DNA of 64,000 nucleotides from positions 74,338,001-74,402,000 of the forward strand of contig OX597815.1 in NCBI GenBank assembly GCA_951406725.2, in the 5' to 3' direction. This DNA comes from Octopus vulgaris (lineage: Eukaryota). The notes under the pieces were generated by a model that saw only the letters and a program-made list of their open reading frames with translations, did no database searches and had not been told where the DNA came from. Of the stretch, positions 63,661 through 64,000 are shown piece after piece (within the stretch, counting starts at the first letter, position 1; each line of letters starts with the position of its first letter). Position numbers and translations under genes: made by a program.

Positions 63661-64000
63661 GTAAGTGGCAATATTTTAGTGCTTAAAGTAACAATCAGTT
63701 GTATTTCTATGTCTCCCTTCATATCAGAAACATGTCTTTGTATTTGCTATTGTTGTTATTGCTGGTGCATGACTCAGTGGTTAGAGCATCAGGCTCAGTT
63801 ATGAGGCAGTGAATTGTGTTCTTGAGCAAGACACCTTTTTTTCACAATGCTCCAGTTCACTCAGCAGTAGAAATGAGTTGCAATATCACTGGTGCCAAGC
63901 TGTATCAGCCTTTGCTTTTCCCTTTAATAACATTGGTGGCATAGAGAGGGGAGGCTGGTATGCATAGGTGACTGCTAGTCTTCCATAAATAAACTTGCAT

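Overview
AT-rich, microsatellite- and repeat-dense animal genomic DNA; the repeat content suggests an octopus or other coleoid cephalopod (inference). One + strand protein-coding gene spans the window and runs off both ends. I reconstructed 15 GT-AG exons (4762-63660) with consistent phases, giving about 648 uninterrupted codons of a FAM13A/B/C-family protein: a disordered middle region plus the conserved C-terminal helical region. No RhoGAP domain, start codon or stop codon is inside the window. The introns hold a near-full-length dead mariner (DD34D), a dead maT/DD37D-like Tc1-mariner nested in a SINE, a Tigger/pogo remnant, an RTE LINE 3' fragment, many TTAA-flanked piggyBac-like MITEs, Helitron-like ends, and several tRNA-derived SINE families, including two head-to-tail SINE arrays. 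The most notable unexplained signal is a set of short non-coding insertions with target-site duplications, fold-back structure and/or degenerate hammerhead-ribozyme cores (48.6 kb, 53.4-53.9 kb, 38.2 kb, with relatives at 23.9 kb and 11.9 kb). They resemble Penelope-like-element or retrozyme derivatives. Coordinates were counted by hand; repeat boundaries are approximate.
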